This document shows positions 19,248-29,235 of a stretch of 64,000 bases of DNA, piece by piece. The notes beneath the pieces were generated by a model. The model was not told the origin of the DNA and ran no database searches. It saw nothing but the letters and a program-made list of their open reading frames with translations. Positions within the stretch are counted from its first letter, which is position 1. Every line of letters starts with the position of its first letter. The DNA is from Capsulimonadales bacterium. Lineage in GTDB: Bacteria; Armatimonadota; Armatimonadia; Armatimonadales; Armatimonadaceae. A program made the translations under genes and the position numbers. The stretch lies in contig JANRLW010000062.1 in NCBI GenBank assembly GCA_033762295.1, forward strand, positions 1-64,000, written 5' to 3'.

Positions 19248-20189
19248 TCACCCGTTCCCCGGCGGAACCTCCGCCTTCCATCCGTAGGGCAGATAACGGT
19301 AGGTCAGGTCGTCGCCGCTCACCCGCACGATTCCGAACCCTTCCGGGTGGATGCCGAACCGCTTTCCCTGCCACCAGTTGCCGCAAACCGCCCCACCGCA
19401 GATATAGCGAGTCCCGGCGTACAGACACTCCTCCACCGCATGGGTATGCCCCTGAAGAACGGCTTTCACCGCTCTCCCCTGGAACATCTCGATGATCGCC
19501 CTGCCGTTTTTCACAATCATGTTCTCCCCCGGACCGAGCGCCGGGTCGTCATCGTAAAGGCCGTAGGCGGTCAGGATCGGAATATGGGTCAGGACGACAA
19601 TCGGCTGCTTGGCGTCGGTCTTTCGCAACACGCCGTCCAGCCAGTCCAGTTGCTCCCGGTCGATCTCGCCGTAGTACGGTAAATCCCCGTCGGTCCGGAC
19701 CGAGTCCAGGATGATAAATCGCCAGTCCCGGTGATCGAAGGTCAGGAAACGTTGCGAGAGGCCGAGACGCTTTTGCCACCAGCGTTTGCCGTACTCCGGG
19801 TCCTGCGCCGCCAGACGGTGGATGCCCGCCGTGCCCAGACAGTCGCCGTTGCCGACGCTGTAATAAAGGGGCAAAGCCAGGACGGCGGACGCTTCCTGCC
19901 AGAGGTCGTAAAGCCGTTCGGCGCGCTTCTTTTCGGCGTGGCTGGCGGCATGGACGATGTCGCCGCCAATCAGGACGAAAGCGGGCTTTTCCGGAAGATG
20001 CGCAACCGCCTGAAGCGCCATTCGCACGCCTTCGACGGCGCGGTTTTCCGGCATGATATGCAGGTCGGTCAGGTGGACGAAGGAAAAAGTGGGAACCTCC
20101 GCCGTCGTGCGAGCGGCAAGCCACGGGGATACCGTCATGGTCGCGCCCAGTTGCGCCATCGCCTGACGTCGGGAAAGAGGATTGCTCAC
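19248..20189 (-). CDS. Tat-exported calcineurin-like metallophosphoesterase
   Basis: SRRQAM signal; TDLH, GGDIV, GNGD, THIP and GHTH motifs. Confidence 0.85.
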   Translation of the reverse strand: MSNPLSRRQAMAQLGATMTVSPWLAARTTAEVPTFSFVHLTDLHIMPENRAVEGVRMALQAVAHLPEKPAFVLIGGDIVHAASHAEKKRAERLYDLWQEASAVLALPLYYSVGNGDCLGTAGIHRLAAQDPEYGKRWWQKRLGLSQRFLTFDHRDWRFIILDSVRTDGDLPYYGEIDREQLDWLDGVLRKTDAKQPIVVLTHIPILTAYGLYDDDPALGPGENMIVKNGRAIIEMFQGRAVKAVLQGHTHAVEECLYAGTRYICGGAVCGNWWQGKRFGIHPEGFGIVRVSGDDLTYRYLPYGWKAEVPPGNG

Positions 20190-20201
20190 GGAAACTCCTG
20201 C

Positions 20202-20231
20202 AAAAGAGCCTTCCCCCTTCCGGGGGAAGGC
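20202..20231 (-). terminator. Intrinsic terminator after the prepilin-like gene
   Basis: 10-bp stem GCCTTCCCCC/GGGGGAAGGC followed on the minus strand by TCTTTT. Confidence 0.7.
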
Positions 20232-20239
20232 GGGATCAT

Positions 20240-21157
20240 TTAGATTCGGAAGTCAGGGATCGTGCCGTCGTTGCCGAAATCGGCACCGCGGCTATCGTTG
20301 AAGCCGCACATTCCCCGGACACGCTCGGGGCGCAGCCACTTGGCATGCCCGTCGACGAAGCCGTAGTTGGCCCCGCCGCTGTGCCGCCGGCTCGAGAGCT
20401 GCGCACGCTCCTTGTTGGCCTGCTCCGGTTGGATACCGTTGACGATACCAAAGAAGTTCGTCTGGTCGTTCGTGGCATTGGTGGCGTCATACATGTTACA
20501 GGGAACGCCCGCCGGGGTCCAGGAGGTGTATTCGGTGGAGCGGATGATGGTATTGACCGCGCCATAGCCACGTTCGCCCCGCTGACCGCCGCCGCCCGTA
20601 TTCGGAGCGAACTCCAGGATCAGGATGGTATTGGCCGGAAAATTCACCTGTGCCAGCGCGGTGGTGTTGTTGCCGTTGTTGGCGAAGTTGTTGTTGCGCG
20701 CATAGGAGCAGCGCCACTCGCCGCCACGCGCCCAGGGGTTGTCGCCCCCCTGCGACCAGTCGTAGAAGACGAAGCCGTCCGTGCTGGGTTGATCCTGCTG
20801 GTTCAGCGTACCTGCCGGGACCCGGACGGGGGTGGTCGGGTCGGAGGGGCATTTGAAGATGCCCGGCCCCTTGACGTAAGGCATCACCAGGTCCATCCAG
20901 CCACGCATCGTCTGATTGGGTTTGCAGGCCGGAACCGCCGGGTTCGGCAGATTGCACTCCCGGTTGAAGGCGACGGTCTCGTCCCAGTCCTGCATATACA
21001 TCATCTGGGCAAGAACGATCTGCTTGACGTTCGAAATACAGGTGATCGCGCGCGCCTTTTCCCGCGCCTGAGCAAATACGGGGAACAGAATCGCCGCGAG
21101 GATGGCGATAATAGCAATAACAACAAGCAATTCGATCAGAGTGAACGCTTTACGCAT
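20240..21157 (-). CDS. Prepilin-type N-terminal cleavage/methylation protein (DUF1559) with H-X9-DG C-terminus
   Basis: [42 protein letters not shown] and [17 protein letters not shown]. Confidence 0.9.
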   Translation of the reverse strand: MRKAFTLIELLVVIAIIAILAAILFPVFAQAREKARAITCISNVKQIVLAQMMYMQDWDETVAFNRECNLPNPAVPACKPNQTMRGWMDLVMPYVKGPGIFKCPSDPTTPVRVPAGTLNQQDQPSTDGFVFYDWSQGGDNPWARGGEWRCSYARNNNFANNGNNTTALAQVNFPANTILILEFAPNTGGGGQRGERGYGAVNTIIRSTEYTSWTPAGVPCNMYDATNATNDQTNFFGIVNGIQPEQANKERAQLSSRRHSGGANYGFVDGHAKWLRPERVRGMCGFNDSRGADFGNDGTIPDFRI

Positions 21158-21307
21158 ACGAATGACCTTTCTCTTTGCGTCTCCGGGACTGTCCGCTCCC
21201 GTCCGTCGAAGCACCGGCGCTTCCCGGGGAATGACCTCTCCCCCTTACCTGCCCCTGGCATCTCCTTTTTGATGACTGTTCTTGATTTTGATGGATTGTC
21301 ACAACGT

Positions 21308-22426
21308 TTACGGTGTCAGCGGTCCGGGCAGGCGACACCTGGCCCGATGGACCGGACGTTCGCTCTCCGGAGATCCTCCCTCCATCCGGCGGATCAACTC
21401 CTGCAATAACAGTCGGGCCAGTTCCGTCGGCGATACCTCCCAGCGGGCGATCCGATCCCCCCACGGAGCAAGGACCGGACAGCCTTCGTTCGCATGGGTC
21501 GCAACATGGACCGTCTCGCCGATCGCAATTCCAAGATCGCGCAGTCCGACCACGATGCCCTGGGAGAACAGTTCGCTCGGGGAGACGATCCCATCCGGAC
21601 TCGTCCCCTGACTCTCCTTACCGAAGAGTCGCTGCGCGTGAACGTACCCCTGATCCCAGTAGGTCAGGCGTCCCCGTCGCTCCTCCGGATCACCCAGACG
21701 ACGGGCATCATGAATCAGTCCCTCGTCAAAAAATCGATCGTTCGCGGTCAGGGCACGCCGATACCCGTCTCGGACGGTATCCATCACCTGGAACGGAGCC
21801 AGCAAGGCGATACGCTGACATCCGCGTTCGATCAGGTACTCCGTCGCCTCATACGTCAGGGACTCCATATCGATCCGAACATCGTTCAGTCCCGCCACCG
21901 GCACCTGATGGTGTGTCAGCAGATCGATTGCCTCCCCAGTCAAGCCGACCCCGACCACCCCCTGTATCCGTCGCTCCTCGATGATACGCAGAAAGTCGTC
22001 GAAAAACGGCCGTCCGGGATCATCCGGGGTGGAGAAATGTAATGAGAAGGAGAAATCATGCTCCGCGACATAAAAGCGAATCTGCTCCAGCATGATCCGA
22101 TAGAACGGCGATACCTCGGGTCCGTCAAAAAAGTGCGGGTTATAGACCAGCGCGATACTGCGCTGCATCGTCGGAGAGACAAAAAGCCCGACCCCGTGTC
22201 GTCGGACGATGATTCCCTGCAACTCCATCTGCTCCAGCACCCGATTCAACGTTACGGTGCTCACATCGAGACGTTCACGCAGTTCCGCCACGGTCGGCAG
22301 TTGCCGGTTTGGTCCCAGATCCCGCGCCAGGCGTGTCAGGTGAGTGAAAGCTTCCTGCGCCCGGTTCGGCGGAAATTCTCCGTTCCCGCCCGTTTGAATC
22401 GGCTCGCTCGTTTTTATGGATCGCAT
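21308..22426 (-). CDS. GntR-wHTH / LacI-type sensor hybrid transcriptional regulator
   Basis: QLPTVAELRERLDVSTVT...RRHGVGLFV followed by a periplasmic-binding-fold domain (YLIERGCQRIALL). Confidence 0.85.
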   Translation of the reverse strand: MRSIKTSEPIQTGGNGEFPPNRAQEAFTHLTRLARDLGPNRQLPTVAELRERLDVSTVTLNRVLEQMELQGIIVRRHGVGLFVSPTMQRSIALVYNPHFFDGPEVSPFYRIMLEQIRFYVAEHDFSFSLHFSTPDDPGRPFFDDFLRIIEERRIQGVVGVGLTGEAIDLLTHHQVPVAGLNDVRIDMESLTYEATEYLIERGCQRIALLAPFQVMDTVRDGYRRALTANDRFFDEGLIHDARRLGDPEERRGRLTYWDQGYVHAQRLFGKESQGTSPDGIVSPSELFSQGIVVGLRDLGIAIGETVHVATHANEGCPVLAPWGDRIARWEVSPTELARLLLQELIRRMEGGSPESERPVHRARCRLPGPLTP

Positions 22427-22431
22427 AGAGT

Positions 22432-22498
22432 TACTCTGTATCAGTGTTCTGTAAAACTAGAACACTCAGAGTATGCCGTTCCTTTTCACGGTTGTCAA
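22432..22498 (-). promoter_or_regulatory. Sigma70 promoter of the GntR/LacI gene with overlapping inverted-repeat operator
   Basis: TTGACA-N17-CATACT on the minus strand; AGTGTTCT-N8-AGAACACT inverted repeat at 22443-22466. Confidence 0.65.
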
Positions 22499-22553
22499 GT
22501 CCCTGCTTCAAAATTTTCCGGAATTCGGGCAGGGAGAGATTTGACCAGCGGAA

Positions 22554-22898
22554 TCACGGCGTGTTTTCACCCTGTTCCTCGCGCAACGCCGCCCACTTCA
22601 GAAGAGCGTCGAGTGCCGGACAGAGCGCCTGCCCCCAGTCGGTCAAGCCATATTCGACCTTCGGCGGCACCTGATGGTGGACAATTCGACGCACGATCCC
22701 GTCCTTTTCCATCTGACGCAGTTGCTGAATCAGCATTTTTTGCGTGATACCGGGAATCGCTCTTTCAAGCTGGGAAAATCTTAGCAGATTGCCACCGAAC
22801 AGATGGAAAAGGATAACTAATTTCCACTTTCCTTCGAGAATTTTAAGAGCCTGCTCGACGCCATCGGCGGCTGATGTCGGTGTCCATTCTTTTTTCAT
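22554..22898 (-). CDS. HxlR-family transcriptional regulator
   Basis: GKWKLVIL, RFSQL, ITQKML.QQLR and VPPKVEY.LT. Confidence 0.92.
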   Translation of the reverse strand: MKKEWTPTSAADGVEQALKILEGKWKLVILFHLFGGNLLRFSQLERAIPGITQKMLIQQLRQMEKDGIVRRIVHHQVPPKVEYGLTDWGQALCPALDALLKWAALREEQGENTP

Positions 22899-22927
22899 AC
22901 TTTTTCGTTAGTACCTTACTTTTTTGT
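22898..22927. promoter_or_regulatory. Tandem putative HxlR operator
   Basis: Direct repeat TACTTTTTCGT (22898) and TACTTTTTTGT (22917) in the divergent promoter. Confidence 0.5.
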
Positions 22928-23022
22928 GTGTTCTTGTTGTTTTCGAAGTCTACCCTTATACTGTTGAAAAATCCCATCGGAGGGCATAAACCGATTCGCT
23001 CATCCGTGAAGGAGTAATCCGA

Positions 23023-23349
23023 ATGCCTGTTGACCTTCCCAAACCTATCGAAGCGTATTTTACTGCGGACAGGGGAGACAGCGAAGCTGTCGCCAGGTGC
23101 TTCACAGACAATGCGGTTGTCAAGGACGAAGGCCAAACCTACCAGGGTCTGGCCGCCATCAAGCAGTGGAAAACCCATTCCTCGGCGAAGTACGTCTACA
23201 CGAGCGAGCCCTTAAATTTCGAGGAGCGGGATGGAAAAACCATCGTGACGAGCCGAACGACCGGTAACTTTCCGGGAAGTCCCGTCGACCTTCGGTACTT
23301 CTTCGGCCTCGAAGGCGATAAGATCGCATACCTTGAGATCGTTCCATGA
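23023..23349 (+). CDS. SnoaL/NTF2-like protein
   Basis: [22 protein letters not shown] and [14 protein letters not shown]. Confidence 0.85.
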   Translation: MPVDLPKPIEAYFTADRGDSEAVARCFTDNAVVKDEGQTYQGLAAIKQWKTHSSAKYVYTSEPLNFEERDGKTIVTSRTTGNFPGSPVDLRYFFGLEGDKIAYLEIVP

Positions 23350-24128
23350 GCTTCATCCTTGAACTCACCGACCGCCGAGCGCTTGTTACGGGGGGCACGA
23401 AGGGCGTTGGCGCAGCGGTCGTCGCCGTACTCCGTGACGCCGGCGCCCGGGTTATGACGACCGCACGTTCGGTTCCCGGTGCCTTGCCTGACGGGGTCGG
23501 CTTCTTCCCGGCGGACCTGTCGACCGCAACGGGTTGTGCCGCCCTTGCGGAGGCGGCTCAGGAACGGCTGGGCCGGATCGATATACTCGTGCATGTCATG
23601 GGTGGGTCAGCCGCGCCAGGGGGTGGGTTCGCTGCGCTCAGCGACGATATATGGTGGCAGGAGTTGAACCAAAACCTGCTGGCGGCAGTCCGCATTGATC
23701 GGGCACTTTTGCCGCCGATGATTGAGCGGGGCGACGGTGTCATTCTTCACGTCACCTCGATCCAGCGCGAGTTGCCGCTCCCCGAATCGACAACCGCTTA
23801 TGCCGCGTCAAAAGCGGCGCTTTCGACGTACAGCAAGAGTCTGTCGAAAGAGGTCGCTCCGAAGGGAATCCGGGTGGTGCGCGTTTCGCCGGGCTGGGTG
23901 GAAACCGAAGCCTCCGTCGCCCTGGCGGAGCGCGTCGCACAACAGGCGGGTACGGACTATGAGGGAGGCAAGCAAATCATCATGCAGGCGCTGGGTGGCA
24001 TCCCCCTTGGGCGTCCCGCAAAGCCGAAGGAAGTAGCCGACCTGATCGCTTTTCTGGTTTCGCCCCGGGCCGCTTCCATCACCGGTACGGAGTATGTCAT
24101 TGATGGCGGAACCGTGCCGACGGTTTAG
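23346..24128 (+). CDS. SDR-family oxidoreductase
   Basis: [13 protein letters not shown] and [14 protein letters not shown] overlap. Confidence 0.9.
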   Translation: MSFILELTDRRALVTGGTKGVGAAVVAVLRDAGARVMTTARSVPGALPDGVGFFPADLSTATGCAALAEAAQERLGRIDILVHVMGGSAAPGGGFAALSDDIWWQELNQNLLAAVRIDRALLPPMIERGDGVILHVTSIQRELPLPESTTAYAASKAALSTYSKSLSKEVAPKGIRVVRVSPGWVETEASVALAERVAQQAGTDYEGGKQIIMQALGGIPLGRPAKPKEVADLIAFLVSPRAASITGTEYVIDGGTVPTV

Positions 24129-24209
24129 AGACGGATCAGAGAAGTTTGACGGACGTCTAACCTTCCGGGTACGCAGGGAAACCGAAGCCGACGGAGGAAT
24201 GGAAGGGAC

Positions 24210-25109
24210 ATGAGCGATTCGATTCCCATTCTGTTCGACACCGATATCGGTTCCGATATCGACGATGCCGTCGCCCTGGCCTACCTGCTGAAACAGACCC
24301 GGTGCGAACTGGTCGGCATCACCACCGTGACCGGCGATACCCGGAAACGAGCCGCCCTCGCCGAGATCGTCTGCCGCGCGGGTGGCCGTACCGATATTCC
24401 GATCCATGCCGGCCTCGAAAGGTCGCTGCTGTTCGGACCCGGACAGCCGGAGGTGCCGCAGTTCGAGGCGGTCGCCGATCAGCCGCACCGGACCGATTAT
24501 GATCTGTCCGCCATCGACTTCCTTCGCGCGACAATCCGCTCCCGCCCGCATCAACTGACCCTGCTCGCGGTCGGTCCGATGACCAATATCGGCGCGCTGT
24601 TCGCCGCCGATCCGGCAACCGCTCTCCTGCTGAAAAATCTGGTTCTGATGTGCGGCGTGTATACCGGAAACGCCGGTCATGGGCCGGGCGCGACCGAGTG
24701 GAACGCGGACCGTGATCCGATCGCCACCGCTCTGACCTACAAGTTCGGCTCGGGGAAACTTCTGGGCGTCGGGCTGGACGTCACGCAGAAGTGTCAACTC
24801 TCGGCGGACGAATGCCGGAAGCGGTTCGTCGCGGCGGGCGGCGCACTTGGCGTCGTCGGTCGGATGGCGGAGGTGTGGTTCCGTCACTCACCGCAGATCA
24901 CGTTCCACGATCCGCTCGCGGCGGCCCTGGTCTTCGAACCGACCCTCTGCGAGTATGCGACCGGCACGGTGACCGTCCTTCCCGAGGGAGGACCGCTCGC
25001 CGGACTGACCCGATGGCGTTCCGGAGGGGATGCGCCGCCGCACCGGATCGCAGTGACGGTGGACCCGACGCGGTTCTTCGAACACTACTTCGGCGTCACC
25101 GGCGGATGA
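24210..25109 (+). CDS. Inosine/uridine-preferring nucleoside hydrolase family protein
   Basis: DTDIGSDIDD, GPMTN, EWN, GLDVT and HDPLA. Confidence 0.9.
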   Translation: MSDSIPILFDTDIGSDIDDAVALAYLLKQTRCELVGITTVTGDTRKRAALAEIVCRAGGRTDIPIHAGLERSLLFGPGQPEVPQFEAVADQPHRTDYDLSAIDFLRATIRSRPHQLTLLAVGPMTNIGALFAADPATALLLKNLVLMCGVYTGNAGHGPGATEWNADRDPIATALTYKFGSGKLLGVGLDVTQKCQLSADECRKRFVAAGGALGVVGRMAEVWFRHSPQITFHDPLAAALVFEPTLCEYATGTVTVLPEGGPLAGLTRWRSGGDAPPHRIAVTVDPTRFFEHYFGVTGG

Positions 25110-25501
25110 TACGGTTCCTGATCGTCGGACTGGGCGGATTCCTCGGGGCCAACGCGCGGTTTTACGTGGGGAACTGGGTGGCGCAACGCTGGGGCAACGC
25201 CCTGCCCTACGGCACGTTCGTCGTTAATATCGCCGGCTGTTTCGTGCTCGGTTTGTTCGCTACCCTCGCCGTGCGCTTCGCCTGGCGGGAGGAGTGGCGG
25301 ATGCTCGTCGCGGTCGGGTTCGTCGGCGGGTTCACCACCTTCTCGACGTTCGAATACGAGACGCTGCAACTGATCCTGGAAGGGCGGCACGGATGGGCGG
25401 CGTTCGCCTACGTCCTCGGAAGCGTGGTCGCCGGTCTGCTGGCGGCGTTTCTCGGAGTTTGCGCCGCCCGTCTCCTCCTGCTCCCTTTCCGGTCGCCCTG
25501 A
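25106..25501 (+). CDS. crcB: Fluoride efflux channel Fluc/CrcB
   Basis: GGFLGANAR, PYGTFVVNIAGCF and GFVGGFTTFSTF; ATGA overlap with the hydrolase. Confidence 0.92.
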   Translation: MIRFLIVGLGGFLGANARFYVGNWVAQRWGNALPYGTFVVNIAGCFVLGLFATLAVRFAWREEWRMLVAVGFVGGFTTFSTFEYETLQLILEGRHGWAAFAYVLGSVVAGLLAAFLGVCAARLLLLPFRSP

Positions 25502-25505
25502 CCGG

Positions 25506-26327
25506 TCACTTCGCCGCGAGGCGGCGGGCGTCCGGATCGAGGGACGGAATCGCGGACAGCAGACGCTGGGTATAGGCTTCCTTCGGTCGGTCGAAGATCT
25601 CGTCCACGGTCCCCCGTTCGACGATCTTTCCCTTCTCCATGACGCAAACCTCGTCGGCCAGATACTCGACGACGGCCAGGTTATGGGTGATGAACAGGTA
25701 GGTCAGTCCGTTCTCGCGCTGCAATCGACGTAATAGGTTCAGCACCTGGCTCTGCACCGACACATCGAGCGCCGAGGTCGGCTCGTCCAGAACGATAAAC
25801 TGGGGACCGACCGAAAGGGCGCGGGCGATGGCGATTCGCTGCCGCTGACCGCCGGAGAATTCGTGCGGATACCGATCCAGTGCGGTTCCCGGCAGGCCGA
25901 CCTGCGCCAGAAGCTGTGCCGCTCGATCCTCGCGCTCCTTCGCGTTCGCGCCGATCCTCTGGATGATCATCCCTTCGGTCAGCGTCTCCCGAACCGTCAT
26001 GCGGGCGTTCAAACTGGCGTACGGGTCCTGGAAAACGACCTGCATCTCGCGGCGCAACGTTCCGCGATCCCGGCGGTCGGCCATGTTGACCCCTTTGAAC
26101 CGGACCTCACCCCCGGTTATCTCCAGCAGTCCGAGTAGCATCAGGCCGACCGTCGATTTTCCGGAACCGGACTCTCCGACCAGTGCCAGCGTTTTTCCGA
26201 CGGGAATCTCGAAGGAGACATCATCGACGACCGTTTTGTACGTTGTCTTTTCGAAAAGGCCGCCGCGCACCGGATACTGCTTGATCAGGTGACGGACGGA
26301 GATAAGCGGGGAGGCGTTCTCGGACAT
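25506..26327 (-). CDS. Oligopeptide/dipeptide ABC ATP-binding protein (OppF/DppF-like)
   Basis: [30 protein letters not shown] and DEPTSALD. Confidence 0.9.
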   Translation of the reverse strand: MSENASPLISVRHLIKQYPVRGGLFEKTTYKTVVDDVSFEIPVGKTLALVGESGSGKSTVGLMLLGLLEITGGEVRFKGVNMADRRDRGTLRREMQVVFQDPYASLNARMTVRETLTEGMIIQRIGANAKEREDRAAQLLAQVGLPGTALDRYPHEFSGGQRQRIAIARALSVGPQFIVLDEPTSALDVSVQSQVLNLLRRLQRENGLTYLFITHNLAVVEYLADEVCVMEKGKIVERGTVDEIFDRPKEAYTQRLLSAIPSLDPDARRLAAK

Positions 26328-26416
26328 TCTCCCGCGATTGTACCATGGGAACCCTGGGATTGGATCGGATTCGCGCGAATCCCGATCGACGCGTTCGCCT
26401 GCGATACAATGGTCCC

Positions 26417-27454
26417 GTGAAAATCATTCACAGCGAGCGGCATATGCTCCATGCCACCTCCGAGAACGTGCCCGGCTGCGCCTTCGCCTTTCGTGAGGTG
26501 CCCGAACGCGCGGAGCGTATCCTTGCAGCCCTGGAATCGGCCGTACCGGGGGAGTTCCGCCCGCCGGACGACTACGACCGGGCGGCGCTGACGACCGTCC
26601 ATCCGGAGGGATATTTGGACTACCTCCGGGATGCCTACTCCCTGCGTCAGACGTTCCTGGCCGACGGTCACCCGGTCGTCGCCGAAGCGTTCGCGGTCCG
26701 AAGCGCACGCCGTCGACCGAACACCTATCCCGGAATCGTCGGAAACTACCATTTCGACAACGCCGCGCCGATTCTTGCCGGAACCTGGGAAGCCGTATTG
26801 GCCTCGGCCAACTGCGCCCTGACCGCGGCGGACGCCGTTCGATCCGGCGACCGGGTCGCCTATGCCCTCTGTCGCCCGCCCGGCCACCATGCCGCCGCCG
26901 ATCTGGCCGGGGGATACTGCTATCTGAACAATGCCGCCCTCGCCTCCCGGCACCTGCAACGGGGAACGGACACCCGGGTAGCGATCCTTGACGTCGATTT
27001 CCATCACGGCAACGGCACGCAGGAGATCTTCTATAGCGACCCGACGGTGCTTTATCTCTCGTTGCACGCCGATACGACGGTCGAGTATCCGTTCTTCTGG
27101 GGCGGCGAGGAGGAGACGGGAGCCGGAGCGGGCGAGGGATTCAATCGCAACTTTCCGCTGCCCGACGACACCGACGACACCCTTTATCTCGAAACGCTGG
27201 ATCGGGCGATCGACGTCCTTCGGGACTTTCACCCGGAATACCTGGTCGTCTCCGCCGGTTTCGATCTGATGGAGGGTGACCCGGAAGTTCTCGGCCTCGG
27301 TTTCCGGATCACCGGGGTCGGACTGGGGGAGATCGCTCGCCGCCTTGCGCGACTCTCGCTGCCCACCGTCCTCGTGCAGGAAGGCGGCTATCGACTCACC
27401 CACCTCGGGGAGTACGCGGCCACCTTCCTGCACAGCTTCAACGACGCGCTTTAA
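26417..27454 (+). CDS. Histone-deacetylase-family amidohydrolase, acetylpolyamine amidohydrolase-like
   Basis: ALCRPPGHHA..LAGGYCYLNN, LDVDFHHGNGTQ, SLH, SAGFD and QEGGY; GTG start 6 nt after TACAAT. Confidence 0.85.
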   Translation: MKIIHSERHMLHATSENVPGCAFAFREVPERAERILAALESAVPGEFRPPDDYDRAALTTVHPEGYLDYLRDAYSLRQTFLADGHPVVAEAFAVRSARRRPNTYPGIVGNYHFDNAAPILAGTWEAVLASANCALTAADAVRSGDRVAYALCRPPGHHAAADLAGGYCYLNNAALASRHLQRGTDTRVAILDVDFHHGNGTQEIFYSDPTVLYLSLHADTTVEYPFFWGGEEETGAGAGEGFNRNFPLPDDTDDTLYLETLDRAIDVLRDFHPEYLVVSAGFDLMEGDPEVLGLGFRITGVGLGEIARRLARLSLPTVLVQEGGYRLTHLGEYAATFLHSFNDAL

Positions 27455-27833
27455 ACAGGACGAATCCCAGGCAGGCGGCGGCCAGTAATACCTGCGGCAG
27501 AACCGATTCGGTCTTTCTGCCGTGAACGCCGAGGTGGGACGGATAGCGCATGGCTTCCGGGGGAATGATGCCCGCCAGCATGGCCGCATTCTCGATATCG
27601 GGGGCAACCGCCGCGCAGGCCCCGACGAACTCCGGTGAGTCGGGACCGCATTTCCAGGCAAGGACGCTCATGGTCGCCGCCAGCAACGGGGCTTCCACCT
27701 GCACCGGAAAGTCCCGATGCGGCAGCAGATCGCAGAGGAGATGCGAGCCGAACCCGGCCATCAACGCCCCCTTCGGTTCCCCCGCCACCTTGCCGATCGC
27801 CGCGCCGACCAGGGCATGGACCGCCGCGATCAT
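27438..27833 (-). CDS. Small hydrophobic protein with HALVG / SHLLCDLLPH motifs
   Basis: ATGA overlap with the SLT gene; hydrophobic segments with His/Asp motifs. Confidence 0.7.
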   Translation of the reverse strand: MIAAVHALVGAAIGKVAGEPKGALMAGFGSHLLCDLLPHRDFPVQVEAPLLAATMSVLAWKCGPDSPEFVGACAAVAPDIENAAMLAGIIPPEAMRYPSHLGVHGRKTESVLPQVLLAAACLGFVLFKARR

Positions 27834-28996
27834 ATCTTATCCTCTCCGCCGTTATCGGCCGCGCGGGCATTTCCGGCCGCGTCGTCCCGGCAGAGCTGCC
27901 GGTAGATGCGCTCGATCTTCTTGACATAGTTTTGGGTTTCGCGGTACGGCGGCACGCCGCCATACTTTCGGACCGCGCCCATTCCCGCATTGTACGAGGC
28001 CAGCGCCAGCACGATATGCCGCATCGAGGCGTCCTTGAACGAACCGCTACCACTGTATTTGTTGAGCCGCTCCTTCAGGAGGAAGGACACGCCCGCGATA
28101 TTCTGGACCGGGTCATAGGGATTGCTCAGGCGCAGTCGCCGCACCTCGTCCTTCATCAATTGCCCCAGACCCATCGCGCCTTTGTGACTGGTTTCGCCGG
28201 GTCGAAAATCGCTCTCGGCGATGATCAGAGCGACCATCAGGCGCGGATCGAGGTCGTACGCTTCCGAGTAGAGCAGGATCGACGCGGCGATCGCCTCCGC
28301 CTGCGCGGGGGCGAGCCGTCGGTTGTAACGCCGTACGAAGTCGAGATAGGCCGGATAGATGGCCTGTGCCTTCTCGGAAAGGTTGTACCCGGCGACACGC
28401 CTGCTGTCGGCCATGCGCCCCGTTCCGACACGCGGTGCGTTTCCGGCGCGGTTTGATCCGCTCAGTTCCTCCTGTGCCGCCCGAAGCCCGGCTTCCCGCT
28501 GACGCGCCCGGCGCGCCCGTTCGGCGGCCTCCGCCTGCCAGGCCAGTTCCGCCGCGGAAATATCGGACGCCGATGCCACCGATACGACCTGGAAATCCGG
28601 TATCCCTGCAAGCACCGTGCCGTCCGCCGGGCTGGTCACCACGACCAGGAGACGCAGACGCGTACCCGGCTGAACCCAGGACGGCATCTGCGTCATCGTG
28701 AGGTTCAGATGTCCGTCCCGGGGCGAGGTCAGCATCAGCAAGCAGCCGCCTTCGGACTGCTCCACGATGCCGGACAGCGTCCCTTCCAGTTCCATGGTCG
28801 CGCCCCGATACCGCCCCGGATCGGCGCCGACCAGAACCGGCGTCAGGCCGCGGGTCGGCGGATACAGTCGGCGGAGCGATAGATACTGCTCGGACGGGGA
28901 GCGGGAATCGTCCGTCGTTTGAGCGGACGCCGCCAGCGGTCGGAGCGTCAGATAGACAAGGGCGATTACCCCGACAAAGAGCGAACAAAAGCGCAT
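27830..28996 (-). CDS. Secreted lytic transglycosylase (SLT domain)
   Basis: IIAESDF, SHKGAMGLGQLM, ASYNAG and ETQNYV; signal peptide. Confidence 0.9.
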   Translation of the reverse strand: MRFCSLFVGVIALVYLTLRPLAASAQTTDDSRSPSEQYLSLRRLYPPTRGLTPVLVGADPGRYRGATMELEGTLSGIVEQSEGGCLLMLTSPRDGHLNLTMTQMPSWVQPGTRLRLLVVVTSPADGTVLAGIPDFQVVSVASASDISAAELAWQAEAAERARRARQREAGLRAAQEELSGSNRAGNAPRVGTGRMADSRRVAGYNLSEKAQAIYPAYLDFVRRYNRRLAPAQAEAIAASILLYSEAYDLDPRLMVALIIAESDFRPGETSHKGAMGLGQLMKDEVRRLRLSNPYDPVQNIAGVSFLLKERLNKYSGSGSFKDASMRHIVLALASYNAGMGAVRKYGGVPPYRETQNYVKKIERIYRQLCRDDAAGNARAADNGGEDKI

Positions 28997-29038
28997 ATGT
29001 CCGGTTCCTTAGGATCGTGGGGGGCAGGCGGAAGGGAG

Positions 29039-29130
29039 CGGAGAGATCGGGATTCGAACCCGAGGTACGGATATTACGTCCGTACAACCGCTTAGCAGGC
29101 GGCCGCTTTCGTCCACTCAGCCATCTCTCC
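29039..29130 (-). tRNA. tRNA-Ser(GCT), long variable arm, CCA not encoded
   Basis: GGAGAGA/TCTCTCC acceptor stem, anticodon loop CT-GCT-AA, GGTTCGAATCC T-arm. Confidence 0.95.
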
Positions 29131-29235
29131 CTGCGGGCGTGATCGGACTGCCGCCCGGCGGGCGTATACGAAGTCCTATCCCCTCGATTCTAACATAACT
29201 GTCGGCAGGGCGCAACGCAAAAGAGAGAGCCATTC

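Noticed and set aside
21160..21300. Leader ORF upstream of the prepilin-like gene
   Set aside because: The ATG directly abuts AGGAG with no spacer and the peptide is unremarkable.
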